Notes under the pieces: generated by a model | Told to the model about the DNA's origin: nothing | Database searches by the model: none | The model's input: the letters and a program-made list of their open reading frames with translations, nothing else | Translations under genes and position numbers: made by a program | Source of the DNA: Candidatus Hydrogenedentota bacterium | GTDB taxonomy: Bacteria; Hydrogenedentota; Hydrogenedentia; Hydrogenedentales; SLHB01 | Assembly (NCBI GenBank): GCA_963674865.2 | Contig: CAXXYE010000009.1 | Location: forward strand, 1,920,001 to 1,984,000 | Length of the DNA: 64,000 nucleotides | Reading direction: 5' to 3' | Shown here: piece after piece, positions 1 through 8,811 of the stretch | How the letters are laid out: each line of letters begins with the position of its first letter | Numbering within the stretch: the first letter of the stretch is position 1

Positions 1-924
1 GTGATCACCGTAGGCGTCCTGATCGCGCTGGGCCTCAGCACGGAGCGCAAAGTCCCGTACTACATTCTCTTCGACGAGTCCGTGCTCGGACTGGGCGTGG
101 GTGGGCTCGTGGAGTATGGGGGGGTCGAGGTCGGCGACGTCAAGGACATCCACGTAACGCCGGATAACCGCGCTCGCGTTGACATCGTGGTCAGCGAGGA
201 CAAGGTCAGGCTCAAGGAGGGCGTGACGGCGACCTTGACGATATACAGCCTGGCCCTGGGCACGATGTGTGTGTCGCTCGAGGGGGGCGATCCCGAAGCA
301 GCGCCCCTGCAGCCTTACGAGCAGATCCCGTCGCGGGAGTCCATGTTCGAGTCGGTGAGTTCGCGTGTCACGAACCTGTTGACGGACTTGACGGCGATGG
401 CGCACAAGCTGAACGTAGCGCTCGAGGGTCTTGAGGAAGGACAACTCGCGGCGGTTGTAGGGGAGGCGGGCGATCTCCTCAGCGAGACAAAGGGGCTTGT
501 TGGGAAGACATCCGACACCGTGTCAAGTTTCCGGGAGCGGGGAGAGGAAGCCGTCGCTGATTTTCGCGCTCTTACAGAGAATCTTAACAAGTTCGCCGAG
601 TCGGGGACGCGTTGGCTCGAACTGGCCGAGCAGAAGGTCAAGCCGCTTGACTTGGCCCAGACGGAGGAGGACCTCCAGAACGCGCTCGAAGCCATTACGG
701 CGAGCGCCGAGGCCCTTACGAAGCGGCTCGAGGGCATGACGGACACGCTCGATGCGACGACGCGCGCCGCCCTCCACGAAGCCGATAACGTGGAGTACAA
801 TCTGCGGGAAGGCATACGGAGTCTCAACGAGACGATGGGCGCCGTGCGGGACTTTCTGGAATACCTCAAGAGCGACCCGGCCGCGCTGATACGCGGCAAG
901 GCGTCGCGAGCGGGAGGAGAGTGA
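1..924 (+). CDS. MlaD/MCE family protein (probably 5'-truncated by the window edge)
   Basis: N-terminal TM segment, then MCE motif 'FDESVLGLGVGGLVEYGGVEVGDV', a long helical region and C-terminal 'DPAALIRGK' typical of PqiB/MlaD-type proteins. Confidence 0.85.
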   Translation: MITVGVLIALGLSTERKVPYYILFDESVLGLGVGGLVEYGGVEVGDVKDIHVTPDNRARVDIVVSEDKVRLKEGVTATLTIYSLALGTMCVSLEGGDPEAAPLQPYEQIPSRESMFESVSSRVTNLLTDLTAMAHKLNVALEGLEEGQLAAVVGEAGDLLSETKGLVGKTSDTVSSFRERGEEAVADFRALTENLNKFAESGTRWLELAEQKVKPLDLAQTEEDLQNALEAITASAEALTKRLEGMTDTLDATTRAALHEADNVEYNLREGIRSLNETMGAVRDFLEYLKSDPAALIRGKASRAGGE

Positions 925-1496
925 TGCGTTACGGATGGTTGGTAATTCTGGCGGCCGTTCCGGGATGCCTGACGACGGGGTACACACCTATCGATCTCTA
1001 TTCCGTCGCGCCGGCGGTCGAGGTGGCCGCGGTCGCCTCAACCGAACAGACGCTGGGGATTCGTCCGCTCGAAGCGGCCCGGCCCTATCGGCAGCGCATC
1101 GTCTACCGCGAGGCGGGCTATGTGCTCGGTTATTACGAGAACGCGGAATGGGCGGAGTTGCCTCGCGATGCGGTGACGCGCTCGCTCAGTGATGCTATTG
1201 TTGCCACGGGCCGCTTCGCGGACGTGGGCAACGCGGCGGATATGCGCGCCCCGGACTTCGTACTTACGGGTGAGCTGAGGAAGTTCGATCAGGTGCGTAG
1301 CGAGACGCCTTGGGTGGCAGAGTGCGAGATCCGCCTCGAACTCCGGGACCCCTTGGGGCGTGCGGAGGGTTGGGCGCGGACGTTCACGGTGCGGGAGCCT
1401 CTCGATGGCCGTTCGCTTCCTGAACACGCGGCTGCCATGAGCCGCGCCGTCGCTGCCATTGTCAACGAGGCTGCCGAGGCAATCGGCCGGCGCTGA
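921..1496 (+). CDS. ABC-type transport auxiliary lipoprotein (PqiC-like)
   Basis: Lipobox-like 'AVPGC'; 'RIVYR...YYENAEWAELP' and 'LTGELRKFDQ' motifs; overlaps the MCE gene stop. Confidence 0.8.
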   Translation: MMRYGWLVILAAVPGCLTTGYTPIDLYSVAPAVEVAAVASTEQTLGIRPLEAARPYRQRIVYREAGYVLGYYENAEWAELPRDAVTRSLSDAIVATGRFADVGNAADMRAPDFVLTGELRKFDQVRSETPWVAECEIRLELRDPLGRAEGWARTFTVREPLDGRSLPEHAAAMSRAVAAIVNEAAEAIGRR

Positions 1497-1559
1497 GGGC
1501 GCGAGGCCGTCTTGTGAGAATACATGGACGCGTATTGCGTCCGCTGCAAGGGAATAGCA

Positions 1560-2867
1560 ATGTCTGAGATGATCTATACCTTCGCGGCTTTGGCCGCGCG
1601 CCACAAGGACGGCGCCACGTGCGATAAGGGGATGCGGCTCTTGGCGGATACGCTGCATCCGTATGGCGTGAAGATCACGTGGATCGTGAGCGTGCAGTCG
1701 GCGCACATCATGGCCAAGGCGCTAACGGAATGGCACGAAGCCTTTGGGGATGATGTTGCGCTGTGTCTGGAGCAAGTCTCGGTGGGGGACGAGGGCAAGA
1801 AGGCTGCCGTCGCGGAGGCGCGGGATGCGCTGCGTCAATTGCTGCCATGGTCCTCCGTCACCGTGGCGGGAGCGGGGCATACGGACTCGGAGATGATTCC
1901 CATCCTCGAAGAGCTTGGCTTTGAGGGGCTGTGGGGGTTCTGCTGGGAGCAGATCGAGGTCGACGACATCACGGATCGCGGTTGCCCGTGGGGCGTCTAT
2001 TACATTGATCGCGATGAGCGTCTCAGGCCGGCGCGCGGCCGGGGACTTGTGGCCATGGAATGGACCTCCCGCGACCTGCTCAAGAGCTTCCATTCGGGCA
2101 ATCCCTGCCTGTACAGCACGGATCCGAACGACGTGGCCCGGGGCGGCATTTGTTCCTGGGAGGATATCAGCTACTGGAAGGGCTTGGCGGACAATTACCG
2201 CCGAAACACGCGCTACAACGAACACGTGTTCCTTCTCCAGCACCAGGAGGCCCACGAGCAGGAGCGTAGCGACCTTTGCAGATGTTACACGGAGGAGGAT
2301 ATCCGCGAAGGGGCGATCATGCTTGAGGAGTTCGTCAAGTACGTCAAGGATGACGTGCGGATGATGACGCTGCCCGAGGCCGCCGCGTTCTATCGCAAGA
2401 CGTACGCCCACACGCCGTCTTCCTACATGCTGTGGGAAGACACGCCAACGCCGCCCTGGAATCCCGATTACGTTTGGAGTACCTCTCCGGGGCCCTGGCC
2501 CAAGACGTTTCTGTACCACGACCGCGATGTGCAGATGATGTTCATCGAGGGGAAGGTCGAACCGGTTTGCATCCGCAATTACCGGCGTCCGTGGCTGCCG
2601 GGTGAGTTCTTCGCCGAACCTGAAATCCCCAAGACGGAACTTGTTTCCAATTCCCGGCTGCGGTGGCGGCGTGAACTCGAGATCAGAGTTACCAGTCCTT
2701 GTGCGATGCCTTTCGGGCTGGCATTGTGGGGCGATTTCGCCCTGTACCAAATCGATGAGGCTCCCGGGCTGATCGAAGGGAAGATCCTATCCCGCGAGTT
2801 GCTGTTTCTGCGGTACGACGTGGCCGAAGGCGAAAGCCTGCTCCGGGTCAAGTTGAGCGGGAAGTAG
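1560..2867 (+). CDS. Hypothetical protein, possible glycoside hydrolase/deacetylase beta/alpha barrel
   Basis: Long ORF with protein-like composition; 'YGVKITW' and 'GCPWGVYY' resemble deacetylase-like barrels; start could be 1524. Confidence 0.55.
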   Translation: MSEMIYTFAALAARHKDGATCDKGMRLLADTLHPYGVKITWIVSVQSAHIMAKALTEWHEAFGDDVALCLEQVSVGDEGKKAAVAEARDALRQLLPWSSVTVAGAGHTDSEMIPILEELGFEGLWGFCWEQIEVDDITDRGCPWGVYYIDRDERLRPARGRGLVAMEWTSRDLLKSFHSGNPCLYSTDPNDVARGGICSWEDISYWKGLADNYRRNTRYNEHVFLLQHQEAHEQERSDLCRCYTEEDIREGAIMLEEFVKYVKDDVRMMTLPEAAAFYRKTYAHTPSSYMLWEDTPTPPWNPDYVWSTSPGPWPKTFLYHDRDVQMMFIEGKVEPVCIRNYRRPWLPGEFFAEPEIPKTELVSNSRLRWRRELEIRVTSPCAMPFGLALWGDFALYQIDEAPGLIEGKILSRELLFLRYDVAEGESLLRVKLSGK

Positions 2868-2879
2868 CGGGCCGCCCCG

Positions 2880-3395
2880 TCAGTCCTGCTTCTCGAAATT
2901 GGCGCGCAATTCGTCGAAGAGGCGGGCTTCACCTCCGCGGTAGAGCAGGTGGTCATCAACTTCGAGGGTGCGCTCAATACTGAGCGGGAAGAACTTCCCC
3001 CGGCCGCGGACGTATACCTCGCCGGCTTCGTCGAGAATCTCACCTTCGACCTCCGCGAGTCGTTTGCTGGCGCGGAGCACGTTGGTCGTCACCGTGGTGG
3101 TTCGGTCGCAGGGCACCGGTTTCAGATAGCGGATGGATAAGTCGGCCGTGTAGCACATGCGCTCGATGACGTAGGTGGCGGCCCAGCCCATGGTTTCGTC
3201 AAGTATCGCGGCCACGACGCCGCCGTGAAGCACGTTCGGGTAGCCGCAGTGGTGCTCCTGGGCGTTCAAGTCCGCCTTGACGATGTTGTCCTCGATGTAG
3301 AAGCGGGCCTGGAGGCCGGCTGGGTTCTCCTCCCCGCAGATGAAACACGTTTTCGATGTGGGCAGATAAACGCGCCCGTTTGTCTCCGAACTCAC
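2880..3395 (-). CDS. PaaI-family (hotdog) thioesterase
   Basis: 'CFICGEENPAGL', 'HCGYPNVLHGGVVAAILDETMG' and 'LSIRYLKPVP'; GTG start at 3395 with AAGGAG upstream (ORF-track start at 3737 is too long). Confidence 0.85.
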   Translation of the reverse strand: MSSETNGRVYLPTSKTCFICGEENPAGLQARFYIEDNIVKADLNAQEHHCGYPNVLHGGVVAAILDETMGWAATYVIERMCYTADLSIRYLKPVPCDRTTTVTTNVLRASKRLAEVEGEILDEAGEVYVRGRGKFFPLSIERTLEVDDHLLYRGGEARLFDELRANFEKQD

Positions 3396-3406
3396 AACAG
3401 ACTCCT

Positions 3407-3796
3407 TCAATCCTCTCTCTTGTGCGGGCCGCCCCGGGCGCTGGGCAACATGCCGGAAAGCGCCTGGCGGTGTCTTGCCACCCACCGATAGACGAGCGGC
3501 GAGAGCGCCGACACGCCTGGAAGCTCGATGGCCTGGGCCAGCCAGCGCCAGCGGCGTAGCCGCCGAAACAGGTGGGGAAAGGCTTGTTCGCCCGCATGGA
3601 TACTGCCGCCGGGCAGCACCAACTGGAGCGCCGCCACGCAGGCCGCCTCGGTGATCTGGGGGAACCGCTCTTTCCGCTCGTCGGATTGGCACGGCACCAA
3701 CTCGATGGTGTCCGGTAGGGCGTTCTGCCGGATCCATTCAGCCGCGCCCCGGCAGAGCGGACACGAGCGGTCGTATATTAAAGCCGCCTTGTCCAT
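3407..3796 (-). CDS. DCC1-like thiol-disulfide oxidoreductase (DUF393)
   Basis: 'LIYDRSCPLC' DxxCxxC motif and C-terminal 'YRWVARHR'. Confidence 0.85.
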   Translation of the reverse strand: MDKAALIYDRSCPLCRGAAEWIRQNALPDTIELVPCQSDERKERFPQITEAACVAALQLVLPGGSIHAGEQAFPHLFRRLRRWRWLAQAIELPGVSALSPLVYRWVARHRQALSGMLPSARGGPHKRED

Positions 3797-3838
3797 TTGA
3801 TGACGCCCTCGGGCCGCTTCACCGTCCGGAGCATTTGG

Positions 3839-6016
3839 TTAAGCGCGGCGCGCGTGGGCCAACACCTTCTTCAACGCGGCCACGACCTCGCCCAGGTTCT
3901 TGTCCGTCATGCTTGGGTAAAGGGGCAACGAGATAATCTCGTGCGACGCGGCCGTAGCGTGGGGCAGATCCTCGGGCTTCATACCGAGCTGCTCAAGATA
4001 ATACGGATGCAGATGCAGGCCGAAGAAGTGGATGCCCGTGCCGATGTTTTCGCGCCGCAAGGCGTGGACGATCTCGTCCCGGTTCTGGACCAGTTTGTCC
4101 AGCCTCAGTCGTATCACCATGAGATGCCAGGCGTGCTCAACTTCGTCGATGATGTGCGGCAAGGTGATCTCGTCTATCTCACTCAGTACCGTCTGATACA
4201 TTCCCGCGAGGCGCCGACGCGCCGACCTGAAGGCTCCGAACTTCTTGAGCTGCGCCACGCCCATGGCCGCACTTACATTGCCCATCTGGTACTTGAATCC
4301 CGGCTCGACGACTTGTGCGGGGGCGGCGATGGCGCTGCGGCCGTAGCGCTCCCAGGCGTTTGCCGTCATGCCATTGGCGGCCAGCAGGCGAAGGTGGGCC
4401 GCGGCCTCCTCATCGCGCACGGCAATGGTGCCGCCTTCCATGGTCGTGATGTTCTTGATCGCGTAGAAGCTGAAGCAGGCGAACTCGCCGTAGCCCCCGA
4501 TGGGCGTGCCCTTGTAGGAGGCGCCCAGCGCGTGGGCGGCGTCTTCGACCACGGGGAGATTGTGTTTGCGGGCGATGGCGTATACGGCCTCGAGATCGCA
4601 GGGCTGTCCCGCTAGGTGTACGGGCATGATCGCCTTGGTGCGTTCCGTAATCGCGCGGTCGATGCCGGCCGGGTCGATGTTCAAGGTGTCAGGGCAGATG
4701 TCGGCGAAGACGGGGCGGGCGCCGAGGTGAAGAATTGTGTTGCCGGAGGAAGCCCAATTCAGGGGCGAGGTGATTACTTCATCGCCCGGGCCGACGCCGA
4801 GATGCGTCAGGCACAGGTGAAGGGCCGCGGTACATGAGGAGACGGCCACCACGTGCGGGGCGGCGACGGCTTCGCCGAATGCTTTCTCGAATACCTGAAT
4901 GTGCGGCCCGGAGGTCAGCCAACAACTACGCAAAGCGCCCACGACGGCGGCTTCTTCCTCAGGTCCGAGCGTGGGCCGGGCCATCGGGATAAGTCGTGAG
5001 GCAATGGGTTCGCCGCCTTCATCCACCGGTGTAGCGCGCAATTGCTTCATGCGGCGGACGTTGAAATACGCGTCGTCCATGGGATCTACCGACGCGTCGG
5101 CCAAGCCGTCACGCAGTTCGCGGATACCTTCTTCGAGCGACCACTCGCACTTGAATCCGAGTTTCTCGCGGATTTTGCCGAATTGGACGCAGTAGGTGCG
5201 CACATCTTCATCACTCTTGACGAGTTCCACTTTGACATCGTCGAACTGCCGCGCAACGCGTTCGGCCAGGTCGCGAACACGGTAATTGCATACATCGGAG
5301 CCCATGTTATAGATGGCGCCGGCCGCGGTTTTCGCGGGCGCTTCCAGCAAGGCGGCCATGGCCCGTGCCGCGTCGCGTACATGGATGAAAGGGCGCCATT
5401 GATTGCCGCCGCCGAAGACGTCGATGCGTCTCTGGCGGACGGCGGTGGCGACCATCTGATTGACGGCCAGGTCGAAACGCATGCGTGGGGACCAGCCGAA
5501 GAGCGTGGCCATCCGCGCTACCACGGGCTCGAACAGCTCGTTCTGCATATCAAGCAGGGCGTTTTCCGCCTCAAGTTTGCTGCGCCCGAAGGTCGAGACG
5601 GGATTGGTGGGACTCTGCTCGTCGAGCACGTCGAAGACGCCCTTGCCGTACACGGCGCATGAGGAGGCGAAGACAAACCGCGATGCCCCCTTCTGAACGG
5701 CCTGCGAGGCCAATTCCTGGGTACTTTCGACGTTGACGTCCCAGGTCATGTCCGGGTCCAGTTCGCCCGAGGGGTCGTTAGAGAGGCCGGCAAGGTGGAC
5801 AACGGCGTCAATGCCGTCAAACAGTCCGGGCGTGTCCTGGAGCCTACGGATGTCGCCGCGGGCAATCTCGCAACTAGGGTGTTCCCGGAAGGCGGCCAGG
5901 GCCTCCTCCCCGAAGCAAAAGCGGTCGAAGACCCTTACGGAATGGCCGCGTTCGAGCAGAACGGGCGTTAGACACGCGCCCAGGTAGCCCGCGCCGCCTG
6001 TCAGTAGTACTCGCAT
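3839..6016 (-). CDS. Fusion of NAD-dependent epimerase/dehydratase (extended SDR) and DegT/DnrJ/EryC1/StrS aminotransferase
   Basis: N-terminal 'TGGAGYLG' Rossmann motif; C-terminal 'SSCTAALHL', 'VEDAAHALG' and 'FSFYAIKNITTMEGG' PLP-lysine motif. Confidence 0.9.
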   Translation of the reverse strand: MRVLLTGGAGYLGACLTPVLLERGHSVRVFDRFCFGEEALAAFREHPSCEIARGDIRRLQDTPGLFDGIDAVVHLAGLSNDPSGELDPDMTWDVNVESTQELASQAVQKGASRFVFASSCAVYGKGVFDVLDEQSPTNPVSTFGRSKLEAENALLDMQNELFEPVVARMATLFGWSPRMRFDLAVNQMVATAVRQRRIDVFGGGNQWRPFIHVRDAARAMAALLEAPAKTAAGAIYNMGSDVCNYRVRDLAERVARQFDDVKVELVKSDEDVRTYCVQFGKIREKLGFKCEWSLEEGIRELRDGLADASVDPMDDAYFNVRRMKQLRATPVDEGGEPIASRLIPMARPTLGPEEEAAVVGALRSCWLTSGPHIQVFEKAFGEAVAAPHVVAVSSCTAALHLCLTHLGVGPGDEVITSPLNWASSGNTILHLGARPVFADICPDTLNIDPAGIDRAITERTKAIMPVHLAGQPCDLEAVYAIARKHNLPVVEDAAHALGASYKGTPIGGYGEFACFSFYAIKNITTMEGGTIAVRDEEAAAHLRLLAANGMTANAWERYGRSAIAAPAQVVEPGFKYQMGNVSAAMGVAQLKKFGAFRSARRRLAGMYQTVLSEIDEITLPHIIDEVEHAWHLMVIRLRLDKLVQNRDEIVHALRRENIGTGIHFFGLHLHPYYLEQLGMKPEDLPHATAASHEIISLPLYPSMTDKNLGEVVAALKKVLAHARRA

Positions 6017-6290
6017 GAATCAACTCCCCATCGGTGCCGGCAAAACGGCGCAAGTATATCAGGTGGGCGCCGCCACGGGAAACCGCGATATGTGTATGGC
6101 GTGGCGCTTCATCGGGTGATGCGGCAGGCGCATGTTTGTTTGCAAGTCCCTTCTTGTCGTTGGCCGCGGTTTGACGTGAGGGCCTGTGTTGAACATACTG
6201 AGGCGAATGCCAATTTGACAAGGCATGTGCCTGAACCACCGCGTTTGCACGCGGAGGACACGCCAAGAAGAGAGCGGGGAGTGCGGTGGG

Positions 6291-6998
6291 ATGAACCTTA
6301 TCAAGCAAGACAGCCTCGCCGACACGCTGGACAATATCAACGGACTTCTTTTCGTCGGGGAGGCTATCCCTCAAGCGCGAAGGCGCGCAGCCGCGGAGTG
6401 GATCGCCGGGAGGCAGGGGGCGGCGGGCGCCTACGCGGGGATGTTTGCGCCGACGGGGGACGATTTCCGGAAGGGCATCCGCCTTTTCACCGGCGAGCGG
6501 TTTACCACGCGGGCGGGATCCTCCCACGTTCTCGGGGAGGAGGCTTGCCGGGTGCTGCTGAAGCTGGGCGTGCCGTCGGAAGGCATACGCGACGCACTGC
6601 GCCGAGCCACGGAAGGTATGACGCAGCGCCTTGTTGAGGCCGCTAGGCGGGAGCGGAACGCCGGGAGGCCCTGGCCGGGCGCGTACTGTTGCGCAAGGTG
6701 TACGTGCGCCTTGTGGCGTCACATCGGTGCGGGCGGGTTGCAGGATGCATCGTCTGAGCGTTGGCTGACGGAGGGGATGAAGCTGCTGCGATCGCGACGC
6801 GATGATTCGGGCCGCTGGCAGGGATTTCCCTTCTATTACACACTTCTAGCCTTGGCGGGGCTCGATACACGGGCGGCGAGCGCGGAATTGAAGCATGCGT
6901 CGCCCGCCTGTGAGCGGCTTCTGCGGCGAGCGCCAAGGCCGGGCAAGTTCGATGAACGCCGCCGGCTGCTGGCGGAAAGGGTGCTCGGGCTCTTCTAG
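6291..6998 (+). CDS. Hypothetical protein
   Basis: Plausible ORF with 'YCCARCTCALWRH' and 'GRWQGFPFYYTLLAL'; same strand as and just upstream of the flavodoxin gene. Confidence 0.6.
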   Translation: MNLIKQDSLADTLDNINGLLFVGEAIPQARRRAAAEWIAGRQGAAGAYAGMFAPTGDDFRKGIRLFTGERFTTRAGSSHVLGEEACRVLLKLGVPSEGIRDALRRATEGMTQRLVEAARRERNAGRPWPGAYCCARCTCALWRHIGAGGLQDASSERWLTEGMKLLRSRRDDSGRWQGFPFYYTLLALAGLDTRAASAELKHASPACERLLRRAPRPGKFDERRRLLAERVLGLF

Positions 6999-7031
6999 GC
7001 GAGGCCCGAGAAGGTAACGAGGAGCATCCGT

Positions 7032-7601
7032 ATGAAGGTTATTGCACTGCTGGGAAGTCCCCGAAAGGGCGGTAATACGGATCTGTTGGCCGATGCCGTG
7101 CTTGAGGGCGCCCGAGGCGCCGGGGCCGAAGTGGACAAGGTCTATCTTGATGATTTCCAGATTCGCCCGCTGGCCGAGGTAGGCGACATCCGCACCGAGC
7201 GCAAGGATTCGCGCGGCGATGACGATTTCCCCGGCGTCCTGGCGCGGGTGGATGAGGCCCAGATTGTGATCTTCGCCTCGCCCGTCTATTGTGCGGGCGT
7301 TTCGGCGCAGCTCAAGTGTTTCCTTGATCGACTTGCGGCCTATTGGAGCCGGCCGGACTACGCCGAGCGGCTCGCCGGCAAAGGCTACATCGTGGTAACG
7401 GCGCACGGGAGTCCTGAGCCGGATCACGGCAAGTGGGTGCTCGAACCTATGAAGACTCTTGTCGCTTTCATTGGAGGACGGTATCTCGGCGACGTTGCCG
7501 CGCACGCCTCCAAGAAGGGCGAGGTAAGCGAGGCGCCCGAGATGTTGGATGCCGCGCGGGAGTTGGGCGCCGACGCGGTCGGGGAGATGGCGAAGAGTTG
7601 A
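7032..7601 (+). CDS. Flavodoxin-like / NADPH-dependent FMN reductase family
   Basis: 'LGSPRKGGNT' and 'IFASPVY...QLKCFLDR'; AGGAG RBS. Confidence 0.9.
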   Translation: MKVIALLGSPRKGGNTDLLADAVLEGARGAGAEVDKVYLDDFQIRPLAEVGDIRTERKDSRGDDDFPGVLARVDEAQIVIFASPVYCAGVSAQLKCFLDRLAAYWSRPDYAERLAGKGYIVVTAHGSPEPDHGKWVLEPMKTLVAFIGGRYLGDVAAHASKKGEVSEAPEMLDAARELGADAVGEMAKS

Positions 7602-7708
7602 GCCGCCAAGGTAGGCGCTCCCGTGTTTCGCTCGAAGGCTGGGCCGGGCACCTTGGGGCGGAGTCGTGTGCGCTAGGCCACAGGGCCATCTTGAGGAATC
7701 AATACACG

Positions 7709-8767
7709 TTGAGCATATTGGCGACGAAGCCGAAAGGGCGATTGGCGAAGCGGCTCGGGGACTTGGGCTTGAGCGTGGAGGCCGTCGAGCAAGATGAGGG
7801 CAACGTCGATAGGTACCTGCTGAGTGGCCGCCTGGCCATCGAGCGCAGAACCGGCAGCACGCTTCTGAGCGGTATCACTGACAAATCCCTTTTCACGAGC
7901 GCCATCTATCTGCGGGAGCATTTTGCGATTCCCGTTCTGATTATTGAAGGCGAGGTGGATTACGCGCGCCGGGCGTTCGATCCTCAAGCTGTGCGAGGCG
8001 CCCTCTCGGCGATGGTTCTCGAGTATAGGATGAGCGTACTGGCCACTTCGGCGGTTGAGGAAACGGCGCAACTCATTGCGATGATGGCGCGGCAGGAGCA
8101 ATTGGGTATTCCCGAGATCTCCCTTATCCCGAAGCGGAAGGCGGCGGATCTGGCCGACATGCAGCGGCGGATCGTCGAGATGTTCCCCCGGTGCGGGCGG
8201 GTGGCGGCACGGCAACTGCTCCAGCGATTTGGAAGCGTTACGAGGATAGCGAATGCTACGGAGGAGGAGTTGCGGGCTGTAAAGGGCATCGGTGCCGGGG
8301 CCGCAGGTGAGATTCGCAAGGTTCTTGACTCCGAGTACGAATCCGTGGATACCGAGGCGGAGCTCGAGGACGCGATCGAAGCAGCGCCGCAGCTTCTGTT
8401 TGAGCGGCCCGTGGCGAAGGTGGCGCGCCAACATCTTATGTTCGTCGAGCGCAAGGAGCGGCATGTAATCGACCTGGCTTTTCACGATCCGGAGGCGGGG
8501 GCACTGATTCTGGTGGAGCTGAAGCGCGGGAGACTCACGCGCGAACACGAGGAGCAACTGCGGCGCTATCTGGACAACGCGCATCGCTCGAAGTTGCTCC
8601 AAGGTCTTCTTGCCAGGGGGGCGAAACTCCTTGGTGTTCTGGCGACCGTTGAAGCATGTGTCTTTGAACCGCTTGATTCGCGTATAACCGTGCGTATCGT
8701 TGACAGGAAGAATGTGATAGCCATTCTTGGAGAGCTTCGCGCCAAGCGCCTTGGGGAAGGTGCGTGA
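7709..8767 (+). CDS. ERCC4/XPF-like domain + tandem HhH + C-terminal NucS/YhcG-like PD-(D/E)XK nuclease domain
   Basis: 'RYLLSGRLAIERRT...LIIEGE' (XPF-like); 'PRCGRVAARQLLQRFGS...VKGIG' (HhH2); 'ELEDAI...IDLAF...LVELK...QLRRY' (NucS-like). TTG start is inferred. Confidence 0.75.
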   Translation: MSILATKPKGRLAKRLGDLGLSVEAVEQDEGNVDRYLLSGRLAIERRTGSTLLSGITDKSLFTSAIYLREHFAIPVLIIEGEVDYARRAFDPQAVRGALSAMVLEYRMSVLATSAVEETAQLIAMMARQEQLGIPEISLIPKRKAADLADMQRRIVEMFPRCGRVAARQLLQRFGSVTRIANATEEELRAVKGIGAGAAGEIRKVLDSEYESVDTEAELEDAIEAAPQLLFERPVAKVARQHLMFVERKERHVIDLAFHDPEAGALILVELKRGRLTREHEEQLRRYLDNAHRSKLLQGLLARGAKLLGVLATVEACVFEPLDSRITVRIVDRKNVIAILGELRAKRLGEGA

Positions 8768-8811
8768 CGTTCTCCAAGACGCATCCGAAATGAACAGATG
8801 GGAGAGAGACT

